In this document: in pieces, positions 25,577 to 36,665 of the stretch | Numbering within the stretch: position 1 is the first letter of the stretch | Layout: each line of letters begins with the position of its first letter | NCBI GenBank assembly: GCA_002633005.1 | Contig: NMRA01001087.1 | Coordinates: 13,441 to 58,028 of the forward strand | Length of the DNA: 44,588 nt | Source of the DNA: Phoronis australis | Lineage: Eukaryota > Animalia > Phoronida | Reading direction: 5' to 3' | Translations under genes and position numbers: made by a program | Notes under the pieces: generated by a model | The model's database searches: none | The model's input: only the letters and a program-made list of their open reading frames with translations | What the model was told of the DNA's origin: nothing

Positions 25577-27690
25577 CTTTTATACCACAATATCAGATTG
25601 GAATGACCAATACAACCGTTAAATAAACCCCTTCAGTTGTGTAACGGCATTCAAGAACATTTTGGCGGGAAACCGAGGCCGGTTTCGTACCCGCTCCGCA
25701 ATAGTTTCGGGCCGTCGACTTTACCACTGGACCACTCTGCGGCTGACGTCATTGAACGTGAAAATAGAATACTTAAGTGAGCACGCTCAACAATCGCATG
25801 TTCAACAAACGGCAATGTACCGACATTTATACGCTATGGAAAAAGACGCATAATTTCCATAAAACGATATTTTAGTTCAGTTAAATTTATTTCCCAATTT
25901 CTCTCGCTTATAAATCTTCGATCTCCAATTTGAAAAGGGGTATCCTGTCGGCGGGATCCTTTGACTTGGGCATTATACTCAGTAACCTGTGGTAATCTAC
26001 TGCAGCAGACGATATTTTCCCGGTCGAAGCTTAGCGTGGTTAAATGTGTAAAAATCAAGACTAGTTGCTAAACCTGAATTTATATACTCACTTTATTTCT
26101 GTTCTGTTTAAATTTTCAATTGCTTTTGAATAAACTATAATTTTGACAAAAATAACTCGACTTTTCTCAAAAGGTCAAGATATCCGACACCAGGGCCCCG
26201 TCTCTAATCTTTGTACTCGAAACGTACTCGAAACTATTTTTGGCAATTTCTCTACTCCTTTTGTGCGAACTTAAGATAATTGGTTATCAGACTGTGCTCG
26301 AATACATTATAGTGTATGCATAGGAGTTTCTAGTTCAAGTTTGCCCTTGAAGACCCTTATATTCGTGCTACAAACTCGAGTAAAAACTCGAAATTTTGAG
26401 TTCAAACTCGAACTTATTGCTTTAATATTGGGTTTACAAACTGTGAACTAAGAGCAATAAATTATCTAAGTAAGTTATTGTGTACTCGAGCATAGAATAA
26501 TAGACACTTATCTTGAGTTCGCCCAAAAGTTGAGTAGAAAATGCCAAACCTAATTTCGAGTTCCATTTCGAGTAAAAAGATTGGAGACCGGGCCCAGGCC
26601 TCTGACATAGAAAGTAGTTACAAAGCCGAGGCCAGTCGAGAAAGGTAGATCGTTTCATCGCAGTGTTTCACGTTCAGTATGTGGTAAAAATAGATTATTA
26701 CATGTTATCCCCCTTATCTAGAGCCCTCGTGGATTTTGGAGCATTATCGGTCTCGGGGTTAACGCCCTCGGGCGATAATTTTCCAAAATCCACTCGGGCT
26801 CTAGATTATGGGAGATAACGACTTCGCCATTTAATATTCTATGTTTATACCACATTATAAGCCTGAAATGGTAAATACAATCGTTAAATAACCCATTTAG
26901 TTATTTACCGCCCGTTGAATGACATTTTGGCGGAACCTGTGACCGGTTTCGAACCTATATTCAGCACGAGATTTGAGTCGTCGACTTTACCTCTACACCA
27001 CTCAGCAATTGACGTCATCGAACGTGAACATAGAATACTTACTTGAGCACGCTCAACAATCGCATGTTTAACAAACGGCATTGTGCCGACATTTATACGC
27101 TATGAAAAATTTCAATTTCAATAAAAACACTATCATTAACTTAATAAAGTCTATCTGTCATTCACTCTCATTTATAAACCGTCGATCTCCAGGTTGGATG
27201 CGAGTGACATTTCGTCGGGATCCTATGACTTGGATATTTTACTCAGTAACCAGTGATAACCTATTTTGGCAGACGCTATTTTCACGGTGGAAGCTTAGCA
27301 TGATAACACGTGTAGTAAGTTAGACTGATTGCTTAAAATTATTTCACAAAATCACTTTATTTCTATTTTATTTCAATTCTTATTTGGTTTTAAGTAAAAA
27401 CATCATTTTAAAAAGAATAACTCGGCGTTTCTAAATTGGTCACGACCTCCGACCCCGGTGTCTGACATAGAAAATAATTACAAAAGTCGAGGGGAAACGA
27501 GAAAGGTAGATCGATTCGTTGCGATGTTTATCGTTCCGTATGTGGTATAAATACATTATTACATGTTCTCAGTCGTTATCCCCCTTATATAGAGCCCTCG
27601 TGGATTTTGGAGAATTATCTGTTACAAAATCCACTCGGGCTCTAGATTGCGGTGGATAACGACTTTGCCGAGTATTAATCTATATTTATC
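25577..27690. repeat. Two tandem ~850-bp units, each with short inverted ends, a tRNA-derived segment and a long terminal hairpin
   Basis: Units ~25577-26840 (carries a MITE insert) and ~26841-27690 align throughout, e.g. gagcacgctcaacaatcgcatgtt and ccgacatttatacgctatg. Inverted ends ttataccaca...tgtggta(t)aa. Hairpins at 26704-26819 and 27574-27661. Confidence 0.85.
26194..26594. mobile_element. PIF/Harbinger-type MITE, 401 bp, CAG target duplication
   Basis: ~29-bp TIR ggccccgtctctaatctttgtactcgaaa versus ggcccggtctccaatctttttactcgaaa. CAG on both sides. Absent from the paralogous position (~27455) in the second unit. Internal ctcga repeats. Confidence 0.88.
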
Positions 27691-28297
27691 CGGAAAACCC
27701 ACTGAAGGAACATCTTAACATTATTAAAAACGTCAGTGAATGGTAAATACCCACCTATCCTCACCTGACCCATGTACATATATGCGCAGTTAAAGACCTG
27801 GGCAGGAATCTAATCTCAGAACTCTAAATCCCAATCCTTAACGACAATTCCGTTCTATTTAGGTACAAACTAAACCTAAATACTCGTGGTTAATGGAAAT
27901 TGTGCTTACACGCATACTTTTTAGGGCCAGTTTGCCATTGGAGACCTAAAGATTCAAACACCGACGTACTTCATGAAGAATGAGACGGGTGAATTAAGTA
28001 TAAAATAAAATAAAACCGGAAATTTTACCCGAATTTCGAAAGTAGACGACGGGTACGTAAGATGGCTCAAGACCACGCAGTTACAAGCAAATGTATCGTG
28101 AGTACAAAGTGGTGGCCAATGAAATGATTGGTCGGTTAGGTTAAATTATGGGATACAATTTTTTGTTCCCGATTACCTAAAGGCTTCTTGCGACAAGGGC
28201 TAAATGTTTTGACTGCACGGAACGCACACGTGGTTTCATTTGATACAACATTTTTACGTTTTTAGATGACTCATCCAATCTATGTTGAATATGTACG

Positions 28298-28554
28298 CAT
28301 GCGCGAATTGGGCTCGGAGGGTTGGAACCCCCCACCCCCATTTGGCAAATTGGGCTAAAAGGTCCGCCCCAGTGAAAATAGTCCGTGTAAAACGACACAA
28401 ACGTCCAAAAAAGGACATAGGAAATCGGCGCAGATGCACAATTCTTACGCCTGAACCTAACGGCCCCGTTTTTCTTTTTTTAGTCCTTGTTGAATTCGTT
28501 GTCCCCATACCGAGAAATTCGACCCCCCTATATTTTAGGCTGGGTGCGCGCATG
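28298..28554. mobile_element. MITE family copy 3 with perfect 6-bp TSD
   Basis: tgtacg|catgcgcg...ggtgcgcgcatg|tgtacg. Confidence 0.78.
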
Positions 28555-28854
28555 TGTACGTAAGATATAGTGAACTCAATTTCGTAATAGTCATTTTCCC
28601 CGTTATGAGGCAGAAGCACTAACCATTTAGGAATGAACAGTGGCAGCAGTTGGTCGTTGATGTTGGAATGCTTTTATGGGATTGAAACTAGATTTTCCAT
28701 TTCGCAGGTGGAGATTTTGGTCGCACATGCAAGCTAATGCCTTGGGATCTACAAAACACAGTCTAGAACTTCACACTGCAAGTGCCTCCTGTGTGACAAA
28801 CTATTACCAAACACCCCCAGTCGATTGACGGATATTCGGGGTTAGCCAACTCAC

Positions 28855-29031
28855 TTTTCTTTGCGACCAGCTGTAATCTGCCTTTGGATCGTTGAAGAAC
28901 TTCCCGCACAGGTAGCCTGTTTCAAAGTCACATGACAGGACCAACTTGGAAACATCCAGCTTTTTCATCACAAAGCTATCCAGGGCGATGTCGCCTTTCC
29001 CCGATTTATATTTTGTTCCAGTGATGACAAG
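28855..29031 (-). CDS. Exon F: end of MAM1 and start of MAM2
   Basis: ttgttacag|CTT...AAA|gtgagt. 177 nt, phase 0-0. LVITGTKYKSGKGDIALDSFVMKKLDVSKLVLSCDFETGYLCGKFFNDPKADYSWSQRK (GDIALD, then CDFE..LCG). Confidence 0.93.
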
Positions 29032-29119
29032 CTGTAACAAGTCAAATGTCAATTGTAGAATGGGATAGCTTTCTATCGACAGATATTTTTGACTTGATGC
29101 CGTTCGTGTTTATCTGTAT

Positions 29120-29200
29120 TTGTGCGTGCGCGCGCGTGTGTGTGTGTGTGCGTGAGTGCTTGCGTGCATGCGTGCGTGTTAGCGTGTGCGTGTGCGTGTT
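29120..29200. repeat. (GT/GC)n microsatellite
   Basis: tgtgcgtgcgcgcgcgtgtgtgtgtgtgtg... Confidence 0.9.
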
Positions 29201-30782
29201 TCCGTGTACGTATGCTTTCAACTCCAGGCTCTCATCCTGCTAGTTTGTTTAGTATGACGTCAGTTTCACGTGTTGGACCCATTTAAGTTGAAGTGACAAC
29301 ATCAAAAACAAACATCAAATTCATGTATCGCTCCTTAGTATTAAGTATGTGTAAAAAACAGCAAGGTTATTAGCTGGTATTCTTATTTCTTTCGAACTCC
29401 CCAACTTCCCGGGAACACATACAATTGTTACAAGCGTTGTCGATGCACACCGATTAATCCAAACACACAACTTCTGAGATATTTCAAGTGCTAAAATGCC
29501 CCCGTGAAAAACTCACAAAACAAGCAAATTTTTTGAAAATGTGATGTGACATTTCTAGTTTGATTTGTGGATCTATATTTCGTCACAATTATGGTATATA
29601 CGACATCATTAAATATCTGAACAAATCTTGCATTGGCTCGCTTTTGCATGGTGGGCACCACATTAGAACTGAAATTACTTGTAAAGCTACATTTTAGTCA
29701 TGCGAGATGGGATTAAAGAGGGTTTGATGACTTAAGCACAGGCTGATCACACACCTGTACACGCTGTCATCCGCGACGGCCTCCTTCGTTTGACCTACTC
29801 ATTTATCTCACTTCACAGCAGTTACATGTAATATAACTTTGACAACCTAGTCTTTATTATCGACCCCAGTGGCGAATTACCATGAGGCCCTCTAGCGAAG
29901 AGCAACGACGAGAAGTACATAATCAGGCAGCAAGAAATTTCGGATTATGGAGGGCAAGTTTTCGAAGTGGACTGCTGATGAGATTCGTATGAAAATTGTC
30001 AATACTAATTGCTCTCTGAATGGTACATCAGAACGCTGTAAGGAATTTCGTTTACGTTGTTCTACTTTTACATGGGAGGCTGTTCGAAACAAGACTTCTT
30101 TATTTGTCACGTTATCCCCCGTGAATGCGTGGGCGCAGTCCGTCATTGACTGATGCTAATAGCTTTCGTTGCCATGAGACTACCGGTTGGGGTTATTTGC
30201 GGAAGTAATGTCTGTTGTATACACTTGGGTCAATTTCAACACCAATTACACTTGATTGATAAACAACTTGCTATCTCTGTTGCTGGGTCACAGTTGCATA
30301 GACACTTGATGAAGTCGGTAACTTCTGGTTCTGTAACTGCTGGCCGTATAACTGTGCAACCTTCAATAAGTCGTGCCTGCGTAGTTATAGATCCTTACAA
30401 TGTACTGAAATTTTCCACCATTCAAGTACATCCACGAACTTTTAGAATCAAGCCTATCCATCTATAAATGATATGATAGGCTCTAGAACTGTCCAGGGCA
30501 TGGTTTTATGTGATGAGTAAACAATATGCTAGCACCTTAAAGAGTGTTTTCAAGTATTATGTTGGCAGACTACATATTCATTGGCCTGTCAAAAATAGGT
30601 GTAGTCGATTGAATACTGATTGCTACAGCCGAAAAAATTGTGTAACTAAAATCAATGTCAGTCTATTCTAGAAAAACATGCCTTTTGGAGAAAAATCATT
30701 TTTAACTCACAATTATCTAGCATGCACAAAATCTTTTATTTCGTAAGGACATTCTTACGTTCCCGAGTTTGTTAATTGTTAG

Positions 30783-32460
30783 TCGGGTCAGATAGTCTGC
30801 ACTTTAGATATACCTGGGATATCCTTGGCATGGATCTCATAATTCAGGAGCACCAATGCCCATCGCATAACTCATGGACTCTCAACAGTGGATGTACTAC
30901 AACAGTTTGTCGTCTCTATGCATCACGAACTCCGCTTTTTATAGATACAAGTGGAAAAATTTAACAATGTATGCTATTGCCTAACACCTCCTGTGCATCA
31001 GGGATCTGCATCAGCTTGTGGTCATCCAAAGCATTCTGCTTCGTTCCCATCCGATGTCCAAAAAACTCCAATCATTGACAGTCAATGCCGCGCTTCGACG
31101 TTCTTATAATGAAACCTGCTTGTCTTACTCGCTGAAACAAGTCGTTCAATTTACGGAGACGTTCTTCCCAGGTGGTTGTGTGCAGTAGTACATCATCGGC
31201 ATACATGTGCTGTTCGAAGTCATCTACACCCGTTAACTTCCTCTGCATCATATGGTCACCGAGCTCAACAGGCCTAAATGCATCGTGTTTACTACTAACG
31301 GCCACCAGGACTTATGAATGGCGTGTCTTTATTTTCACGTGCTTTATCAACGGTAATATACCTGTAGCATTTCTTGACGTTATTCGGGGCTGCACATTAG
31401 TTCGTTGGTTACCACATTCAGGCACTCGTTGTCAAAACTGAAGCTTGCAGTAGCATCCGTTTTATCTGCCAACAGTGCAGTTTCGATATAACATGAAGAT
31501 TCAATAACACCCACCTTCAACATCTGCTGTATTTCCTTCTTCAATAGGTCAATAGTAGAAGGCATCTGATGTGGTATCATTCTCACCGGCTATTCTGTAG
31601 TCAACTCATCTGCAATCTCGCTTCGACAAGGTCACGCTTTTCAATCAATACAACACGTAACTGTGCAGCTTCTTACCTGTCTTCGATACTTTCTGTCGTG
31701 TGTTTTTGATACGCGTTCAACCGATCGGCAGGCAATAGCTCAGTCATGCAGTTGAAATAGACCTTGTACTCCATACAGATGACAGCTTCCTTTTACTTTA
31801 CATACATATCGTATCTTCAACTTTATGGAAGGCGTATTGTGATATGTGCGAGGTAACGACGGTCTTTGCTCCCCTCGAAACTATCTGTCTCTGGAATTAT
31901 TGTCACGGCAATGCTTCCGTTGGCACTCGACTTAAAACAAGCTTTCCCTAACCATTTCACGTGTTTCCTCCAGGCGGTTCCTGAGATTGAATATGCAGGT
32001 ACCTATTTGGAAACTCGTCGATGTCCAGTGGCCAATCAGAATCTGTATAAAGCCTCTCCACATGTCCAACCGTACAGCAACACAAGAGGGTGAAAATTCT
32101 GTTGTGGGACGAGCTCCTTCCCTGTAAGCGAATAGGGCGGCTAGCAGATAAGGTCCCATAACCTTCGTCTCTTATGACATATTTTCCTCAGCATGGCGTT
32201 CAAAACGCCATTGATTCTCTCACGGTCCACCCTTACAGCGTGGGTCAAAACGAGAGTCGTGCGCAGCTGTTGTCCACTCACATGTCTGCTGACTTATATA
32301 CGCCGGGAAACTTGTTCCTCGATCACTCTGGAACTTTCGTAGGAACCCTACTCTGTTGAAGAATTACAGCAGTGCTTCACTCACGCTCCCTGTCCCTCTA
32401 TCTACAGTAGCTTCACCACTTTGAGGTACCTGGTTGCTGGAACGTTTTGCACCTTCAAGA
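30783..32460 (-). mobile_element. Decayed Ty3/gypsy pol of the Gmr1 type (integrase, RT, RNase H order)
   Basis: Minus strand, in order: INT (ATRY, EALL.FFNRVG, SDRGTSF, ERINGVLNAMLRK, ALFAYRE, FSP; ~32440-31930), RT (LKKEIQQMLKVGVIESS, YADDVLLHTTTWEE, FFGHRMG; ~31590-31000), RH end (MRWALVLLNY..., ADYLTR; ~30880-30783). Many stops and frameshifts. Confidence 0.85.
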
Positions 32461-33521
32461 ATATTCCAGAACTTTCTGAGACCTACCGTTTCACTCTACA
32501 AATGTATCATTGGCTCTGGAATTTCAAATAAGCAATTTTCCAGAGCATATTACAACGTAGATATTATTCTACTACACCTACAAATACATGTAGATGAAAC
32601 AATGACTAAACTGGCATAAATATGTCAGATGAGTTAGGTGTTCATTGCCGATGAACAAATAGCTTAATCAAAGAAAACATATGCAATTGACGTCTGACTG
32701 TACTCCTGGCAGCAAATGTGAATAAAAAATCATAAATTGAAAATTACTAAAAATTAAATCTAAAAATTACTATGCTTTTTAGAATTATCCTTGGACAATC
32801 GTACCAAAAGGAAATTTGGCCGTTTTAAAGATGTCTTAATTTTGCTCTGAATGTACCTCTTTTTCCCAAAATGTAACCACAATAGATATGGGCAAACAAT
32901 CCATTAAATTACAGGTTTTTATTAATTTACAAATCAACGTCTATATGCTTTATATTTTCAGAAAATTAATGTTTATAGTTCTTTAAAAAATTGAGTAAAT
33001 ACATTGGCTTGCCACTAGCAGCATCCAAGATTGCAGTGCAAACCGAGAATGGGGGAGGCACAACAAACGTCGTGATGAAGAATGGGTCTACAGTTCTCGG
33101 CTTAGGCCCTGAACTTGGCGAATCCCCCCCCCCTTGCCAGTGACTCCAAGGTTTGCGATCAAGCATAATATACCCTATTCATTACAGACTGTCTTTGGAT
33201 TAAAACAAAAGTGAAATAAGCTTCTTCAGAAAATCATAATACAATGAGTACTGAACTACAGAACAAAAATATTGCTTAAGCAAAATCAGATGCGTATAAA
33301 ACTGTACTCTACAAATCAAACATTCTAGATACTACAAAGAGTTAAACAAAAACCAACAAGTGCATCGCAACACAGAGGTGTTGGCAAAGTACTTCCTGAA
33401 GAACACTCTGAGGTAAGGCTGTTCTCACCAATGATTGTTAGTTTCGTGATCGCTGTTTGGTGAGCCAATCCTCAGCGTGTTAAATGCACAGATTTTCTTA
33501 CATGCTCAAAATAATGTCTAC

Positions 33522-33700
33522 CTTTGTTTTTTCGGTCGCCGTAATGTTGTATTCAGATGATTGCCATACGTTGCCTTGGTTACCGGACTTTTGAAACAAC
33601 ACAGTTTCAGTACCACTTTCCGTCACAGTACTCAAAGTAAGAGTCCCCATACGTGAAGAGCCGTACATGTGCCATTTGAAGGAGAAAAAATAATCATCAG
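33522..33700 (-). CDS. Exon E: MAM domain 1, third part
   Basis: cttctttcag|CT...AAG|gtagac. 179 nt, phase 1 to 0. (P)DDYFFSFKWHMYGSSRMGTLTLSTVTESGTETVLFQKSGNQGNVWQSSEYNITATEKTK (HMYG, G.L, SGNQGN.W motifs). Confidence 0.92.
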
Positions 33701-35552
33701 CTGAAAGAAGACGTACCGGGCTTTAAAGCCTTAGAACGAGTCACAATTTTGAGAAGCTTGAAATGAAAACCTCTGGAAAGTCAAGGGAAATATTTCCTAA
33801 CGTTGAAGAGCCACTTGGCTCTACACGTGACCTGTTCATATCTAAGGCACTTAAACCATGCCAAACCTGCAAACTCGTATCACGCATTAATGGAATTCCG
33901 CAGTAAGTCGTGGTAATTCGGCATTTTTATTTATGCAAAATTATTTACTAAATATATAACCAACATTGCACATGGGATTCTTTGTGCAATTTGCACTGTA
34001 CCAGATTCACAAATATCAATACGTCATTCAGCTTGAGCATGCAAAGCCCTACAGAAGTGTATTTGGCAGGTAATGAAGTATTGCCAGTTGCCATATTTCT
34101 TGCAATTCTTGTGGGTCTAAGTTCCGTAGAAGCAAGAGACCCACACAAGACGTTGGCATCTTGTGAAGTCTTACATTTTTGTTTGGTTGTTGCGTCGACG
34201 GAACGCATCCCAATTAGTCTTTTTACACAACACCACTCTGTACATGAGCTTCTATATGCTGACTTATGCCTTAGTAAAATCTTTTGATGGTTTTCGTTTT
34301 ACAAAGTCTTCAATACATGGACGCAGGTCCAACTTGCTTCCCTTTCAAATTTCACCTTACAATTTCGTAATTGTCAAGCCAAATCTTAACATTTAATTCA
34401 CAAACTATTGGGCTAAAAACACTATGCCATTTGCTGTTACATTGCCCAAAACACCATGAGGTCGTTCAACTTTGTCGTGATCGAGACCTTAAAAAAGCAA
34501 TAGGCTGGTGTAAAGAAATTGTTGAGTAAAGAAATGCAGTTTCATGAATAATCTGGGAAATTTGTTTGCAACAGTTTGGCTATAATTGGAGTCTCCTTTA
34601 CGTGAGGAGACCCAAGCATGGTTGGAATATCAAGTTCAGTAAGACGCACTGCATTGTCTGTGCGAATCTTGCCACTTCTCCAATCGAAAGAAGACGATCT
34701 TCTATTTTACAAAGTCTAAGGACATGATATTTTGCAAAAAACATCAATGACATTTGTTCTTCAACATTTTACAGAGATAATAGTCTTACATTTTGGTCTT
34801 GATGACCAAAATAATATTACGCGTACCACATTGTCCCGTGGATTAGACCAAATTTAGTCTTAATTTGGAAATTTAAGAAATTTCATGAAATGGGGCTCAT
34901 ACTTTTTGGTCGATCTAAGTTATGACAGGAATTTTTTTGTGAAAGTGGCCCCAGGAAACATGCACTGGTCTTTTCCCGTGATAGCACACCTACATGTACA
35001 AGGGAAAATCAACAATTGTTCGTAATTCAAAACAATTTGCCCGAACTCCAAAACCAGTCGGCTGCACTGCGAAACCAAATGGGATGAAATGAGTGGGGGA
35101 CGTCGCCCATCCCCGCCTCCTCAGACCTTGATTATTGGTTTTCATAACTCGTCACCTCCCTGGCACCTCGGTGACATTAAAAACAATCTCTTTCAGCACC
35201 CACACGCCAGCTGGTTCCAATGACATGATACATATGAGCATGTATTTTTCACCATTATTCGCTGGAGAACAATGAATCAACCTTATTCCACCGTGCAGGC
35301 AGTCCTTTTTACTAGGAACCAGGCGGGACCACCATTTCACCGAGATTACCCAGTACATAAAATGTCATAATTTTCGTTTTCTTAACTGGACGCCCGGCTC
35401 TAAACTTTGCACCTTAAACTTATTTCTCATCCTACCAATAAATTTTAATTATTGATTGCACTTGTCATCAAGATAAGGAAAATTGTGAGTCCAGTTTTGA
35501 TAGGACCTAATCAGCCATTTTGTGATATAATACTAGGACAGTCTATGTGTAG

Positions 35553-35783
35553 GTTAAGGCATCATATCACCGTACATTAAGGCATCATATCACCGTACGT
35601 TAAGGCATCATATCACCGTACGTTAAGGCATCATATCACCGTACGTTAAGGCATCATATCACCGTACGTTAAGGCATCATATCACCGTACGTTAAGGCAT
35701 CATATCACCGTACGTTAAGGCATCATATCACCGTACGTTAAGGGCATCATATCACCGTACGTTAAGGCATCATATCACCGTAC
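35553..35783. repeat. Minisatellite, 10 x 23 bp (gttaaggcatcatatcaccgtac), abutting the exon D donor
   Basis: Ten head-to-tail copies. One has a g>a change and one has an extra g. No spacers. Confidence 0.97.
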
Positions 35784-35907
35784 GTTTGAAGTAGTCCGTG
35801 TATATGGTGGCTTTGGCGTTTCTTTTCTGTTTTCTCACATCTGCGTAGATGTACGGAGTACCCCGATCCCCGCCAGTAGGACCTGTACCTCTGGTTGGCG
35901 TGGAACC
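35784..35907 (-). CDS. Exon D: MAM domain 1, second part
   Basis: atttccag|GGT...AAAC|gtacgg. 124 nt, phase 0 to 1. GSTPTRGTGPTGGDRGTPYIYADVRKQKRNAKATIYTDYFK (MAM TP..TGP...Y.Y motif). Confidence 0.9.
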
Positions 35908-36254
35908 CTGGAAATAATTTGAAAGGCTGAGGTTGTCAGTGAACCAGCACATCAAAACTGGATTTCCAAATCAAATTAGATTTTCCGGGAATAAGATATT
36001 TTAGTTAGTTCATTATGCCGAGCTCCGTGTTTTTCTTTCGTTGGCAAATGTAGATCTAGGTTCATTAAAACGAATGATATACAGAAATCCAAGTACATCT
36101 GGGGTTGAGTTGTTACCTAAGCCTACGTATTCAATATAGTGTTCACATCACGCTTTTTGGAAAGCCAAAGCAGAAAAGATTCAGGGACACATATTCCCGA
36201 TGCATGAATACTTAAAAAGCAGAATTACAAGAATTTTTAATTTTTTTACATTGT

Positions 36255-36325
36255 ATGTACATGTATATACACAAACACACACACACACACACATATATAT
36301 ACACATGTATATGTATATATGTATC
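36255..36325. repeat. (CA)n/(TA)n microsatellite
   Basis: acacacacacacacatatatat... Confidence 0.85.
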
Positions 36326-36576
36326 ATAATGCATCACAACAACATAGCATAAAACTGTCACAGAAAAATGAAATCATGCCTAAACAACACCTCAATGGTA
36401 TACAAACTGATATTGGGACACCCATTTAGTTGATATTTGATCTTGGCAGAATCGCCCACTATTTCCGGGAAGGCTGTTCGCAAATTTGTGCCGAAAAAGT
36501 TTGCATTTAAAAACAGACCGCTCCTTGACTTTGTTAATGGTGAGACGAAGCTACTTCGTTGTTAAAATTGTCTTAC

Positions 36577-36665
36577 GCTGCGTGGTGTCCAGTCGAAGTC
36601 GTCATCGGTCGCTTGTGTCCACCCGCACAGGCCACCTTGGTCAAAACTGCACGATATCTGACCCT
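36577..36665 (-). CDS. Exon C: N-terminus of MAM domain 1
   Basis: tttgtttgcag|AG...AGC|gtaaga. 89 nt, phase 1 to 0. (E)GQISCSFDQGGLCGWTQATDDDFDWTPRS is the classic MAM start CxFD..LCGWxQ...DxFDW. Not in the ORF track. Confidence 0.93.

Noticed and set aside
25662-25740. Functional tRNA gene (also 26928-27008)
   Set aside because: A and B boxes are present, but the stems contain mismatches and no clean anticodon arm forms. Treated as tRNA-derived.
29690-29880. LTR of the gypsy relic
   Set aside because: No second copy and no clear PPT or PBS could be identified.
35553-35783. CRISPR array
   Set aside because: The repeats are head-to-tail with no spacers, there are no cas genes, and the context is a eukaryotic intron.
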